A stretch of DNA of 64,000 nucleotides from an uncultured Thermoplasmatales archaeon (GTDB taxonomy: Archaea > Thermoplasmatota > E2 > DHVEG-1): positions 5,240 through 69,239 of the forward strand of contig CAYOTP010000001.1 in the NCBI GenBank assembly GCA_964406955.1, written 5' to 3'. Shown piece by piece: positions 47,855 through 60,948 of this stretch. The position numbers were made by a program, and so were the translations under genes. The notes beneath the pieces are model-generated. The model was not told the origin of the DNA. It searched no databases and saw nothing but the letters and a program-made list of their open reading frames with translations. Positions within the stretch are counted from its first letter, which is position 1, and each line of letters begins with the position of its first letter.

Positions 47855-48367
47855 ATGTTTTCATTTCTAAAAAGTGAGAAAACAATTTCTCAATTCACCA
47901 AATTAAATGGTTTTGATAACATGAAGAATTCCCCTATTATCATTGGTTTTTATGGGCAATCCAATACTGGTAAAACAATGCTTATTACAAAAATCGTTGA
48001 ATGGTTAACTGAAAAAAACGTTACCGTAGCTACGATTAAACAGACTGTGCATTCCTATTCAATTGATAAACCTGGAAAAGATACTTGGAAATACGCCACA
48101 GCAGGATCAAATCTTGTCTGTTTTCAAACAGCGATTGAAACATCATTCATCTTCAAAAAACAGATTTCAGTGAACAAGATTATTGACATTATACAATCTA
48201 TTGATTTCTTTGATGTTTTACTTATTGAAGGAGCTCGAGATAAACACATTCAGAAAATTAGATTGGGCGAAAAAACTCCGATCCGGGAAAACACTGTTTT
48301 AACCTATGGAAATGATATTAATAGGATTCTAACATTTATTGAACAGCAAATTAAAAGGAAGGAATAA
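47855..48367 (+). CDS. mobB: molybdopterin-guanine dinucleotide biosynthesis protein B (MobB P-loop NTPase)
   Basis: IIGFYGQSNTGKTMLITKIVEWL Walker A and LLIEGARD motifs. The true start is probably the internal Met near 47921. Confidence 0.7.
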   Translation: MFSFLKSEKTISQFTKLNGFDNMKNSPIIIGFYGQSNTGKTMLITKIVEWLTEKNVTVATIKQTVHSYSIDKPGKDTWKYATAGSNLVCFQTAIETSFIFKKQISVNKIIDIIQSIDFFDVLLIEGARDKHIQKIRLGEKTPIRENTVLTYGNDINRILTFIEQQIKRKE

Positions 48368-48372
48368 AAACA

Positions 48373-48543
48373 ATGGTTAAAAAACAGGTTGAATTACACA
48401 TTAACGACAAAAAAATTCTGCTCAGTGAATTTCCTGAGCAATTCATGAAAAACACCTTACTTGGAATGGTTTCCACATTGAAAGGTGTTGATGAACCTAT
48501 TGAAACAATGAGAATAATGGTAACCAACAAGTTGGATGACTAA
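48373..48543 (+). CDS. possible 56-aa small protein (MVKKQVELHINDKKILLSEFPEQFMKNTLLGMVSTLKGVDEPIETMRIMVTNKLDD)
   Basis: ATG 6 nt after the mobB stop, same strand. Below the ORF-track cutoff. No motif recognised. Confidence 0.25.
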   Translation: MVKKQVELHINDKKILLSEFPEQFMKNTLLGMVSTLKGVDEPIETMRIMVTNKLDD

Positions 48544-48555
48544 TATAAATTACCA

Positions 48556-52491
<3,936 letters not shown>

Positions 52492-52505
52492 AAGGCATTT
52501 TCCTC

Positions 52506-53177
52506 TTAATTTCGCTGTTTTTTTAGATAAACAATAGCGTGAACAGGATCACCATCGTTAAGCTTAAGTTTCTTTCGAAGATTATCTGGTGAAATAAATT
52601 CCAGTATATTGGAATAATGTCCTCTTATGGGTAAAACGAGAACACATTTTTCGTTATTTATATGAGCTTTGAAACATTTCACTGCACCAAACGTTCGATT
52701 TTTTGTTCTGAACTCTTCAATTTCAATTCCTTGAAATTTTTTAATCAATCGTAACTTGTTTTTTTCGATGTGAGGGATTTTCACATTTAATGTGCCCGGA
52801 TATGGTTTAAAACCACACTGTTCATTGAACTGGGCTACATAACCTAGCTGAGCAAGATAATATGTTCCTTCACCCATTCCAGAGACAACATGGCCATCAA
52901 ATCTGATTTTTTGTGGTAACTCAAAAATATGCTTATATTGAATATATTCTTCCTTAAGAAGATCTGCACCGTTTTCAGTGATTTGAATTAATTGCTTTTT
53001 TATACCCATCTCTCGAGTAATCAAATTTAGTTTATCAAGCTCCAGAACATAACGAGATGCGGTTTGTTGACTGGTTTCAAGTTGATTGGATAGTTCAAGT
53101 GAAGAAAGTTCAACTCGATTATTGATCGCTCCGAGTAATGCAAGCTCTTTTAACATTTGCAAAAGATATGTTTTCAT
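52506..53177 (-). CDS. ribK: wHTH-fused CTP-dependent riboflavin kinase (archaeal RibK)
   Basis: N-terminal winged-helix (LSNQLETSQQTASRYVLELDKLNLI). C-terminal archaeal RibK motifs (GMGEGTYY ... PYPGTLNV). Confidence 0.75.
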   Translation of the reverse strand: MKTYLLQMLKELALLGAINNRVELSSLELSNQLETSQQTASRYVLELDKLNLITREMGIKKQLIQITENGADLLKEEYIQYKHIFELPQKIRFDGHVVSGMGEGTYYLAQLGYVAQFNEQCGFKPYPGTLNVKIPHIEKNKLRLIKKFQGIEIEEFRTKNRTFGAVKCFKAHINNEKCVLVLPIRGHYSNILEFISPDNLRKKLKLNDGDPVHAIVYLKKQRN

Positions 53178-53290
53178 CTATTCTTTTCCTCCCCATGTAC
53201 CGATTAGAGGATTTTTTTTATGGATAAACCTTTTTGATACTGTTATATACATGTATAAATGGTGGTATCAAAAACCTTTTGACTCGCAAG

Positions 53291-53533
53291 TTAAGTGTCT
53301 CTTTCACGGTCAAATAATAATTTCTTTTTATATATAATCTTAAAGATTCTATGGTGTGGAATTAGAGCTTTAATGGTTTGTAAAAATGTTTTACCGATGG
53401 AAATAATTTCATTTCCGGTAATTATTTTTGTATTTTTTGGTGCACCTCTATGGATATAATAAATCCGAACATCATTAAAAACAAATTTTTTTCTCCATTT
53501 CAATTCATTAAGAATATCTCTACTCCTATTCAT
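53291..53533 (-). CDS. hypothetical basic 80-aa protein
   Basis: Co-directional ORF between the MBL and ribK genes. No motif recognised. Confidence 0.3.
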   Translation of the reverse strand: MNRSRDILNELKWRKKFVFNDVRIYYIHRGAPKNTKIITGNEIISIGKTFLQTIKALIPHHRIFKIIYKKKLLFDRERDT

Positions 53534-53554
53534 CAGTATTAATAAGGTATCTAA

Positions 53555-54202
53555 TCAAAAATAGTTTACGTTTCTTAACGACATTTGAAGGTGTTGATTT
53601 CCATTTCCTTCAACGATAGTCTCATGACCAGGATATATATTGACAACATCCAGCTCACATAACTTTTTAATAGATTGTTTCAATGCTTCACTGTTTCCTC
53701 CTGGAAGATCTGTTCTACCATATGATCCATTTGCAAAAACAGTATCTCCCGAGAACAACATCTTTGATTCTTTGTTGTAGAAACAGATGCAGCCCGGCGT
53801 GTGACCTGGTGTGGAAATAACCTTGTACTCATCATCTCCAACCGTTACTGTTTCTCCACCGACAAATTTTTCATCTACAGGCATCTTAGGCATAGTTCCA
53901 CCAAAAAGACCAGCAAACAAACTTTCTCCTTTTTCAATTTTATCTGCTGCAGCAATATGTGCAAATATTTTTGCTTGCTTGTTTGTCGCTTCAAATAGTT
54001 GTTCAACACCTCCAGTATGGTCAAAATGTTCATGTGTGAGAAGGATTTGAGAGATTTGAGTTAATTCGACAAATCTAGAAATCTGAGATAAAACGGACTT
54101 TCCATGCATGCCCGTTCCAGTATCGATAATCGAAGGTTTTTTTCCAGATATCACAAAAACATTTGAATCATAGCCCGAACCAATGATTGAATAGATGCCC
54201 AT
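53555..54202 (-). CDS. MBL-fold metallo-hydrolase
   Basis: HxHxDH motif (LTHEHFDHTGG) plus downstream His/Asp ligands (GHTPG ... D ... H). 215 aa. Confidence 0.8.
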   Translation of the reverse strand: MGIYSIIGSGYDSNVFVISGKKPSIIDTGTGMHGKSVLSQISRFVELTQISQILLTHEHFDHTGGVEQLFEATNKQAKIFAHIAAADKIEKGESLFAGLFGGTMPKMPVDEKFVGGETVTVGDDEYKVISTPGHTPGCICFYNKESKMLFSGDTVFANGSYGRTDLPGGNSEALKQSIKKLCELDVVNIYPGHETIVEGNGNQHLQMSLRNVNYF

Positions 54203-54532
54203 AAAAAGATGTATAAAACATGTACTTTATAAAAATGATGAGAACGATATCAATAACGAAACATCCTGAAAAAGGTAAGAATCGCAGTCTGTGAACTACA
54301 CCCCCTTCGTTACAACAGATTGTACTGTTGAGAAAGGAGCTTCCTTTTAGTATATGGGCGTTGGACTTTCAGCATATTCCACATCTGTCTGATAGCTATC
54401 TTTTTTCATCATTTGTTTCACTGAAAGATCCCCGAGAACTTGTCTTTGTTCTGGTGTTGGTTGTATTCTTATCTGTTTTGTCAGCTGCATATTTTATTTC
54501 TTCCGTTGGGTTTCCACATATTTTTTGAGTTA

Positions 54533-54612
54533 GTCAAGGGTTACTTGACCTGCAGTCATAAGACAATATGATGGTGACCAGAATTTTTTATTCGAGATTT
54601 TTTTTCTTTGAC
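54533..54612 (+). terminator. hairpin (GTCAAG-ggtta-CTTGAC) followed by oligo-T runs
   Basis: Perfect 6-bp inverted repeat at 54533-54549, then TTTTTTATT...TTTTTTTTC at 54584-54606 in a noncoding region. Archaeal terminators are oligo-T. Confidence 0.2.
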
Positions 54613-54727
54613 TTCGGGATAGCTTTGTTAGTTCTCTCGAGAAGTGATGGTTTTCATGGCATTGATGTATTTGGGGATATCTAGTGTTGGTTTTGCTTTG
54701 AAGATGAGGTGGATATGGGCGATTAAA

Positions 54728-54778
54728 TGGCTATGATGATGGGAATTACGATAAAAGAATCAGGGTTGCTGAAGACTT
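54728..54778 (+). ncRNA. candidate C/D-box sRNA
   Basis: C box AUGAUGA at 54733-54739 and D box CUGA at 54769-54772, about 30 nt apart, immediately followed by CTTTTTT. D' and C' boxes are degenerate and the terminal stem is only about 2 bp. Confidence 0.25.
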
Positions 54779-55075
54779 TTTTACGGTATTTCACTACCAT
54801 CACTAAATGGTATTGTAATGTGTAGACTGGGTGGCACTCTTTGTCGAATTCATACTTCATTGTTATCATATATATTTTATAACTATAGTGGTTTGCGTTA
54901 ACGATCCTAGTAGGTGCTTTCATGTCTTTCCTTTTGGAGTGGGCTTCTTGAACTATAAATTAAATAAATGGATATTGTTGTGGCTGTAAACAAAATACAA
55001 AATATAAAAATATTTATATGAAAAAACATATAAATCATATTGACATTTATACCAATTGCTAATTGGGGACAAACC

Positions 55076-56356
55076 ATGAATTTGAATAAAGCTTTTCTAA
55101 AAAAAACCTTAGTAGTTCTTCTTTTTCTGTTTTTTTTTAGTGCAGGAACGGTTCAAAGTTTAACTGGAGATCTATTGCAGGGTAGTGAAAATTTTGAAGA
55201 TAACAATCTGGATAATATCCCGGATATAACAAATAATAATAACAATAATGATAATAATAATTATAATTTCGATTTACAAAATGATGATAAAGTAATTGAG
55301 AATAAAAACTATCCTGAAAATTCCAATACTGTTGTTTTATTGGAATCCACCTTTGAAAATGATTGGATATATGAAGGTCATCAAAATTACCCTGCACCTC
55401 CCGAATGGACGATTGAGGGAATTAGCTCAAGTTATCAGGAATCTGCCCCTTATAAAACACATTATTTTTCAAAAATTGACAAAAATGAGGCCCCTGAACT
55501 TGTTCATAGTGGAAATGCTTCTGTTGGGATATGGTGGAAAGATGGAGATAGTGAAGCAAATGATATGGGTATGATCCAGGATGAATGGTTGATCAGCCCA
55601 CCATTAAACATAAAAAATCTTCATAAAGTAGAACTAAGTTTTTGGAGTATTTATTGTCCAACTCAGGTTGATAGTATGCCATTTTATGTTGAATACAAAG
55701 TAGATAATTCATATTCAATTAAAGTGAGCTTTGATGATGGAATGACTTGGAGAACAGCTGCAGATTTAAGAGATTCCACATTTAAACTCGGTGTTGATTT
55801 GACAAGTGAGTATATCAACAATGATTTTGGAAATGGTGGTTTTTTCAATTATCATCGATTAAGAGGTGATTTCTTTAATATGTTTGATGAATTGATCGTT
55901 ATTCCGCTATCATTTAGTGAATCGGAAAGATCAATTGGTGATAACGTCCGAATTGCATGGCATTACAACTATGATAATTCATCAGAAGATCAAGCAATAT
56001 GGGTGATTGATGACGTACATATCACTGCAAGTCAAGACCAGGATAAACCAACGATAACTCTTATAGAACCTCAAGAAAATTCATTATATATTGGTAATTC
56101 TAAAATAGATATACCTGTTGATAATACAATCATTGTTGGTAGTGTCGATATTGAAGTTGATGCAAGGGATTATGAGACTGGGGTTAAGCATGTTGAGTAC
56201 TTTATTAATGGGCGACTGAAAGAAAAAGTTCAAGCTAGACCATTTATTTGGTCATGGGATGATTCTTCTTTTGGTCGGTATACAATCACAGTTAAAGCAA
56301 CTGATTTTGCAGGAAATGTAGAATCAGATGAAGTAACTATCTGGAAGTTTTTTTAA
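55076..56356 (+). CDS. secreted protein: signal peptide, poly-Asn linker, beta-sandwich domain and C-terminal Ig-like domain ending in KFF
   Basis: Start at ATG 55076 (the tracked ORF begins at an upstream TTG). NNNNNDNNNYN linker. A Trp-rich middle domain (choice-of-anchor-like?). C-terminus homologous to that of 45525-46418. Confidence 0.5.
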   Translation: MNLNKAFLKKTLVVLLFLFFFSAGTVQSLTGDLLQGSENFEDNNLDNIPDITNNNNNNDNNNYNFDLQNDDKVIENKNYPENSNTVVLLESTFENDWIYEGHQNYPAPPEWTIEGISSSYQESAPYKTHYFSKIDKNEAPELVHSGNASVGIWWKDGDSEANDMGMIQDEWLISPPLNIKNLHKVELSFWSIYCPTQVDSMPFYVEYKVDNSYSIKVSFDDGMTWRTAADLRDSTFKLGVDLTSEYINNDFGNGGFFNYHRLRGDFFNMFDELIVIPLSFSESERSIGDNVRIAWHYNYDNSSEDQAIWVIDDVHITASQDQDKPTITLIEPQENSLYIGNSKIDIPVDNTIIVGSVDIEVDARDYETGVKHVEYFINGRLKEKVQARPFIWSWDDSSFGRYTITVKATDFAGNVESDEVTIWKFF

Positions 56357-56380
56357 AAAATGAAGGAAAGGTAAAAGAAA

Positions 56381-58306
56381 TTAAATCCCGCCAACCTTTA
56401 TTGATGGATCTCCCAGAAGAACCCATTGTTCTATCGTCTTTCTATCTATCTGACCACCGGCACTATTCACACCACCAATGATATTTAGATAATCAATGAT
56501 TGCTTGAGAGTGAATCTTTCCAAGCTGTTCAATACTTTGATTTACGTATGCATCAAAGAATCTTGGTTCAATCCATCCGCCAAGCCCCATATTCCAATGC
56601 TCATTGATATAACCATAACCCAGACCTGTATTTCCCATGGAGGCTATTGCTCCACTTTCGGGGATGAGAACAAATTTTGAGGAAAGGTCAACTGGAACCC
56701 ATTCCATATAGAAAAACCGATATGGATATGTGAAGAAATACCCCAGTAAACCATATTTTATTAAGTCGGGAATAATGTTAGCTACTGTTACGTTGAATTG
56801 TGCACTGTGGCATCCACCGAGGACAACAATTGGATATTCGCCAGTATTTGTAAATTTTTTCATGTCCCAAATACGAATTCCGTCAACGAATCTATGGTCT
56901 TCATCATCGGGAGGGTGATTTCCCCATCCTGAAGGATTACTATGACCTGCGAAATGAACAAAACCAGACCCATCATTGATTGCATCTATCACATCTTGAG
57001 GTCCTTCCCATGCCCCTGGGATGGAAAGCCAGAGTTTTTTCATAGTGAATCCAATGCTTTCAAGTAGAGATACCGTTTCTGCCGTTTCTAGTTCTCCTTC
57101 CCACCATCCAGGAGTACCTCCAATGCTTGGCGGGAATGTATCTCCAGAGACAACAGTTCCAGTTTTAAACCAGGAGTCATCTGCGTTGAGTTCGTAATCG
57201 ATTATCTTATCAACAACAGGGGCTACTTCGAATGCATATCTAAATGGTAATCGACCCACATAGACGTTGGGATAGTAATCTATGATATCCATATCTAATT
57301 CATTGTAAGACCATTCGGCGAATATGTTGTTTTCATTTGGATCCCAGCTTGAGAAATTTCCGTTGCTATCGTAAATATCTGCAAAGTAAAGGTCGCTATC
57401 GTAGCCTGTTTCCCAGCCGTCATCGTTATTTACCCGTCTTGATGGAATATGCCATTTTTGTGTTTGTCCTTTTCTGCCACCTGCTAAAAGGACGTATTCT
57501 ATACCCCAGTTTTCGATTGCATCTTTGATGAATAATTTGATGTCTTCTGCGTTATCTCTTCCGTTATATTGGGGGTAGATATTTTCCACGGTTTCTAGTG
57601 TTGTTCTTATGCCAATGTTGTTTTTATGGTTGATTAGTCGTTGCAGGTCATTTGAAAATAGTTCGTTGGTAATGATTAATAGATCGTATTCATCTGCGTT
57701 GAACAGGGTTGTTTGCGGTAGTTGATAGTGGATGGTTATATCGATTTCTTGGGGGAGATGGATAACATCGGTTGCAGGAGAATATTGGGCAAAACAATCT
57801 ACGGTCAGGAAAAGAAGTTGTTCTCCGTTTTGTAGTCCAGCTCCTTTTTGAATAATATATGGGGCATCAGGGAACAATTCCTCACTTTCATAGATCAATG
57901 TATCTAAAGCTGGTTCTTGGTACAGATGGTTGCTGGCTAGATCCTTTCTTAGTGGTACGGGTTGTGGAGCGGGTTGTATTTTTTTATCTAATGATCGTGT
58001 TTGGGTATTCATTGTTACATCTACTGTTGATATTGTTGTCCCTAGGGGGAAAGTGAATGTTTTTGAGATCTTTGGGATAATTGGTCGTCCGCTTTCTGAT
58101 AGTACTGAGTGTTGTTTTTCATTAAGCGAGATTGTTAGATAGTCGTTATTTTCTTGTATGTGAACTGTTTGAAAATTGATTTGATCTGTGATGGTAAAAT
58201 AGAGTTGTTGATCTTTTTCTTCACCTCTGTCTGAAAGGGCAGCTGTTCCTAAACCGGTAATAATTAACATACCTACAATGAACGTAGGTATCATTTTTTT
58301 CATCAT
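56381..58306 (-). CDS. secreted clan CD cysteine peptidase, gingipain (C25)-like with N-terminal propeptide
   Basis: Signal peptide. Catalytic His in GFVHFAGHSNPSGWG and Cys in VVLGGCHSAQF, with the His-then-Cys order and spacing typical of C25/C11 caspase-fold peptidases. Confidence 0.55.
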   Translation of the reverse strand: MMKKMIPTFIVGMLIITGLGTAALSDRGEEKDQQLYFTITDQINFQTVHIQENNDYLTISLNEKQHSVLSESGRPIIPKISKTFTFPLGTTISTVDVTMNTQTRSLDKKIQPAPQPVPLRKDLASNHLYQEPALDTLIYESEELFPDAPYIIQKGAGLQNGEQLLFLTVDCFAQYSPATDVIHLPQEIDITIHYQLPQTTLFNADEYDLLIITNELFSNDLQRLINHKNNIGIRTTLETVENIYPQYNGRDNAEDIKLFIKDAIENWGIEYVLLAGGRKGQTQKWHIPSRRVNNDDGWETGYDSDLYFADIYDSNGNFSSWDPNENNIFAEWSYNELDMDIIDYYPNVYVGRLPFRYAFEVAPVVDKIIDYELNADDSWFKTGTVVSGDTFPPSIGGTPGWWEGELETAETVSLLESIGFTMKKLWLSIPGAWEGPQDVIDAINDGSGFVHFAGHSNPSGWGNHPPDDEDHRFVDGIRIWDMKKFTNTGEYPIVVLGGCHSAQFNVTVANIIPDLIKYGLLGYFFTYPYRFFYMEWVPVDLSSKFVLIPESGAIASMGNTGLGYGYINEHWNMGLGGWIEPRFFDAYVNQSIEQLGKIHSQAIIDYLNIIGGVNSAGGQIDRKTIEQWVLLGDPSIKVGGI

Positions 58307-58461
58307 TTTTTTTACCTCTATGCAATAATAAAAATTTTTTTTGTCCCCTATTCATCAATCTTTTATTATAAGTAGTATTACGATATATATAAGATTTTCT
58401 TAGAAAAAAACCTACATATCTATGTAAGCTGATACCAATTTCTGTTAATTTAATCGTAAAA

Positions 58462-58536
58462 TGGGCCCGCCCGAATTTGAATCGGGGTTCATGGCTCCCA
58501 AAGCCACGAGGATGGGCCAAGCTACCCCACGGGCCC
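58462..58536 (-). tRNA. tRNA-Pro (anticodon UGG)
   Basis: Minus-strand read GGGCCCG-UG-GGGUAGCUUGGCCCAUCCU-CGUGGC-UUUGGGA-GCCAU-GAAC-CCCGA-UUCAAAU-UCGGG-CGGGCCC-A. Features: 7-bp acceptor stem, T-arm CCCGA/UCGGG with UUCAAAU loop, anticodon stem GUGGC/GCCAU with loop UUUGGGA (U33, UGG, G37). No encoded CCA. Confidence 0.75.
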
Positions 58537-58618
58537 CTCACTTATATACGATACTTTTCAGGTATCATACACTCATATTTAAAAACTTTTATCAAATAGG
58601 GATGAATACCCTTAAATC

Positions 58619-59374
58619 ATGGATCTTGATCTGAGAAAACCAACACATCTTATCGCAGTTTTTCTTTTATTAATTAGCTTTTTTATGTTTGTAATCGTTC
58701 CAATTGCAAGTTTTTCTGGCTTTTTTGGAGCCCTTGACACGTCCGCATCTCAGTTAGAGCAATTCCCCGAAGGATTTAAGATTATTTTTGAAATATTCAC
58801 TCTGCTTATTCAGTTAACTTTGGTCATTTTCTTTTTTGTTATTGTTCCTTTTATTTGGTATAAGTTGGTAAATAATTATTCTCTTTTGCAAATGCTTGAA
58901 GCAATAAGATTAAAGAAAGAACGCTTAGACATGGCTTTTGTATATGGGATTGTTACTGCTGCCATTACTCTAGGAGCTATAATGATTATTGGCTTAATAT
59001 TCACATTTCTAGGTTTTGATTTAACCGATGCTAGTAATATAAAAGATATCGAACAGATTTTTTCCACTCCCGTAACTTTGGTACTTATCACATTTCAACC
59101 AATTACCGAAGAGATCTTTTATCGAGGTTTCCTGCTTGAAAAGATTGAAAAAATCAGTTCTACACCAGTTGCAGTCACGGTCACATCAGTTCTTTTCGGT
59201 CTTGCACATCTTTCGGTGGGAAATGTCTATCCAGCGTTTTTAACAGCTATAGCAGGTGTTATTCTTGCAGTTCTTGTGATCAAGACACAGAATCTTACCG
59301 CAGCTATTATTGCCCATATCTTGTTTAATGTCTCAAGTTTTACTCTTTATATCCTTGGGCAATCACTTATATGA
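58619..59374 (+). CDS. CPBP-family intramembrane glutamic endopeptidase (CAAX protease/Abi-like)
   Basis: Motifs EEIFYRGF (EExxxR), FGLAHL (FxxxH) and HILFN (HxxxN) in TM helices. Confidence 0.75.
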   Translation: MDLDLRKPTHLIAVFLLLISFFMFVIVPIASFSGFFGALDTSASQLEQFPEGFKIIFEIFTLLIQLTLVIFFFVIVPFIWYKLVNNYSLLQMLEAIRLKKERLDMAFVYGIVTAAITLGAIMIIGLIFTFLGFDLTDASNIKDIEQIFSTPVTLVLITFQPITEEIFYRGFLLEKIEKISSTPVAVTVTSVLFGLAHLSVGNVYPAFLTAIAGVILAVLVIKTQNLTAAIIAHILFNVSSFTLYILGQSLI

Positions 59375-59444
59375 ACTGGAATTTAACACAATATCTTTAT
59401 ACCCTAAGTTTATCCAAAAATTCAAAAAAAGATGAGTAGTAAAG

Positions 59445-59912
59445 GTGAATTTGATTATGAGTAATGAACAAACATTTGTAATGATTAAACCTGACGGTGT
59501 TCAACGGGGGCTTATTGGTAAAATCATTCAACGATTTGAACAAAAAGGGATAAAAATAAAAGCGATGAAACTTGTGTCTGTCTCTAGGGAATTAGCGGAA
59601 AAACATTATGGTATACACAAGGGGAAACCATTCTTTGAGCCTACGGTTGAGTATATCATTTCTTCACCGGTTGTTGCTATGGTTCTTGAAGGTGAAAACG
59701 CAATTTCCCTAGTTCGAAACATGATGGGAAAAACTAATCCATGTGAAGCAACTCCAGGGACCATTCGTGGTGACTTTGGTCAATTTATTGGTAGAAACAT
59801 CGTTCATGGTTCAGATGGAAAAGATACTGCAGAATTTGAGATTAATTTATGGTTTGACCAAGAAGAACTTGCTGGTTATACCCGTATTGATGAACCGTGG
59901 CTTACCGAGTGA
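59445..59912 (+). CDS. ndk: nucleoside diphosphate kinase
   Basis: TFVMIKPDGVQRGLIGKII ... NIVHGSD (active-site His). True start may be the Met at 59457. Confidence 0.9.
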   Translation: MNLIMSNEQTFVMIKPDGVQRGLIGKIIQRFEQKGIKIKAMKLVSVSRELAEKHYGIHKGKPFFEPTVEYIISSPVVAMVLEGENAISLVRNMMGKTNPCEATPGTIRGDFGQFIGRNIVHGSDGKDTAEFEINLWFDQEELAGYTRIDEPWLTE

Positions 59913-60018
59913 AGAACATTTGTTTTTCATCACTTTTTTCTTTTTTGTCTCTATATTTTTCATTTTTTTTTTAGCTGGCCGGTGGATTTATAACAACGAA
60001 ATGAATACCACATAGCAT

Positions 60019-60948
60019 ATGGTTTTTGACCGTCAAACACTTGTTATTCCTGATGGAACAATGATTGATGAAAATATGATTCAAACATCTGGAGATGTCA
60101 TTATTGGTGACCGCTGTCTTGTACAATATGGTATACAAACTGATGGGCGGATTTTTATCGGCGAACATGTAATTATTGATGGAGATTTGATTGCCACTGG
60201 AGATATCCGTATAGATATTTTTTCTCGAATTCGAGGAAACATGCGTAGTGAACAAAACGTGTATTTGGGCGAAAAGGTTAGTGTTGATGGGAAGCTTTCT
60301 GTTGCAGGTAATTTGGATGTTGGTGATAGTGTTAATGTTAAAGAGGGATTTGAAGCGAAAGGTTGGATTAATATTCGCACCCCGATTCCCATGGTTATTT
60401 ATATCTTTATTTATCTGATGCAATTATTGAAGATGGGCCATAGTGAGGAAATTGAACGAATCCTCCAGGAGATGGAACAGCATAATGGTGAACCGATTCC
60501 TATATCTGAAGTGTTTTTATTCGTTCCGAATAATGCGATGATTGGATCCCATTCAAAGACAGAAGGAAACCTTCGTGTTGGAAAACAATCAGTGATCAAT
60601 GGTTCATATGAAGTCAAAGGAAATATCGTTTTTGCAGATGATATTACCTTCAGTGGACTGATTACCACAAATGGATCTTTTTTCTGCGGGAAAAAAAACC
60701 GGATTAATGGATCCATACGTGCTAAAGATGCGATTCGACTTGATGAGCATACAATTGTTTCTGGTGATGTGGATGGTTTGAAACTTCACCTTGCAAAAAC
60801 TGCAGTTATCACAGGCACGTGTTATGCAACACAGGGAATGACGTTTATCACGCCTTATGATTATGAGGCGGATGAGAAGATCCGTCGATTTGAAGAGGAT
60901 TTGGAGATTCTGGAACCCTTGGCGGAATCAGAGGAGACTTCCTCATGA
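60019..60948 (+). CDS. double bactofilin-like (beta-helical polymer-forming) protein with central hydrophobic helix
   Basis: Two blocks of G/V/I-patterned beta-helix repeats (VIIGDRCLVQYGIQTDGRIFIGEHVIIDGDLIATGDIRID... and IGSHSKTEGNLRVGKQSVINGSYEVKGNIVFADDITFSGLITTNGSF...) separated by PIPMVIYIFIYLMQLL. Acidic C-terminal tail. Confidence 0.5.
   Translation: MVFDRQTLVIPDGTMIDENMIQTSGDVIIGDRCLVQYGIQTDGRIFIGEHVIIDGDLIATGDIRIDIFSRIRGNMRSEQNVYLGEKVSVDGKLSVAGNLDVGDSVNVKEGFEAKGWINIRTPIPMVIYIFIYLMQLLKMGHSEEIERILQEMEQHNGEPIPISEVFLFVPNNAMIGSHSKTEGNLRVGKQSVINGSYEVKGNIVFADDITFSGLITTNGSFFCGKKNRINGSIRAKDAIRLDEHTIVSGDVDGLKLHLAKTAVITGTCYATQGMTFITPYDYEADEKIRRFEEDLEILEPLAESEETSS

Noticed and set aside
54328-54923. 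Two 66-aa ORFs (54328-54528 + and 54723-54923 -) in the 870-bp noncoding region
   Set aside because: Low coding quality (hydrophobic/aromatic bias). The second overlaps the C/D-box-like motif. Treated as noncoding.
58463-58536. tRNA read on the plus strand
   Set aside because: The plus-strand read places the T-loop-like sequence at the 5' side and yields no anticodon arm. Only the minus-strand read gives a full cloverleaf.
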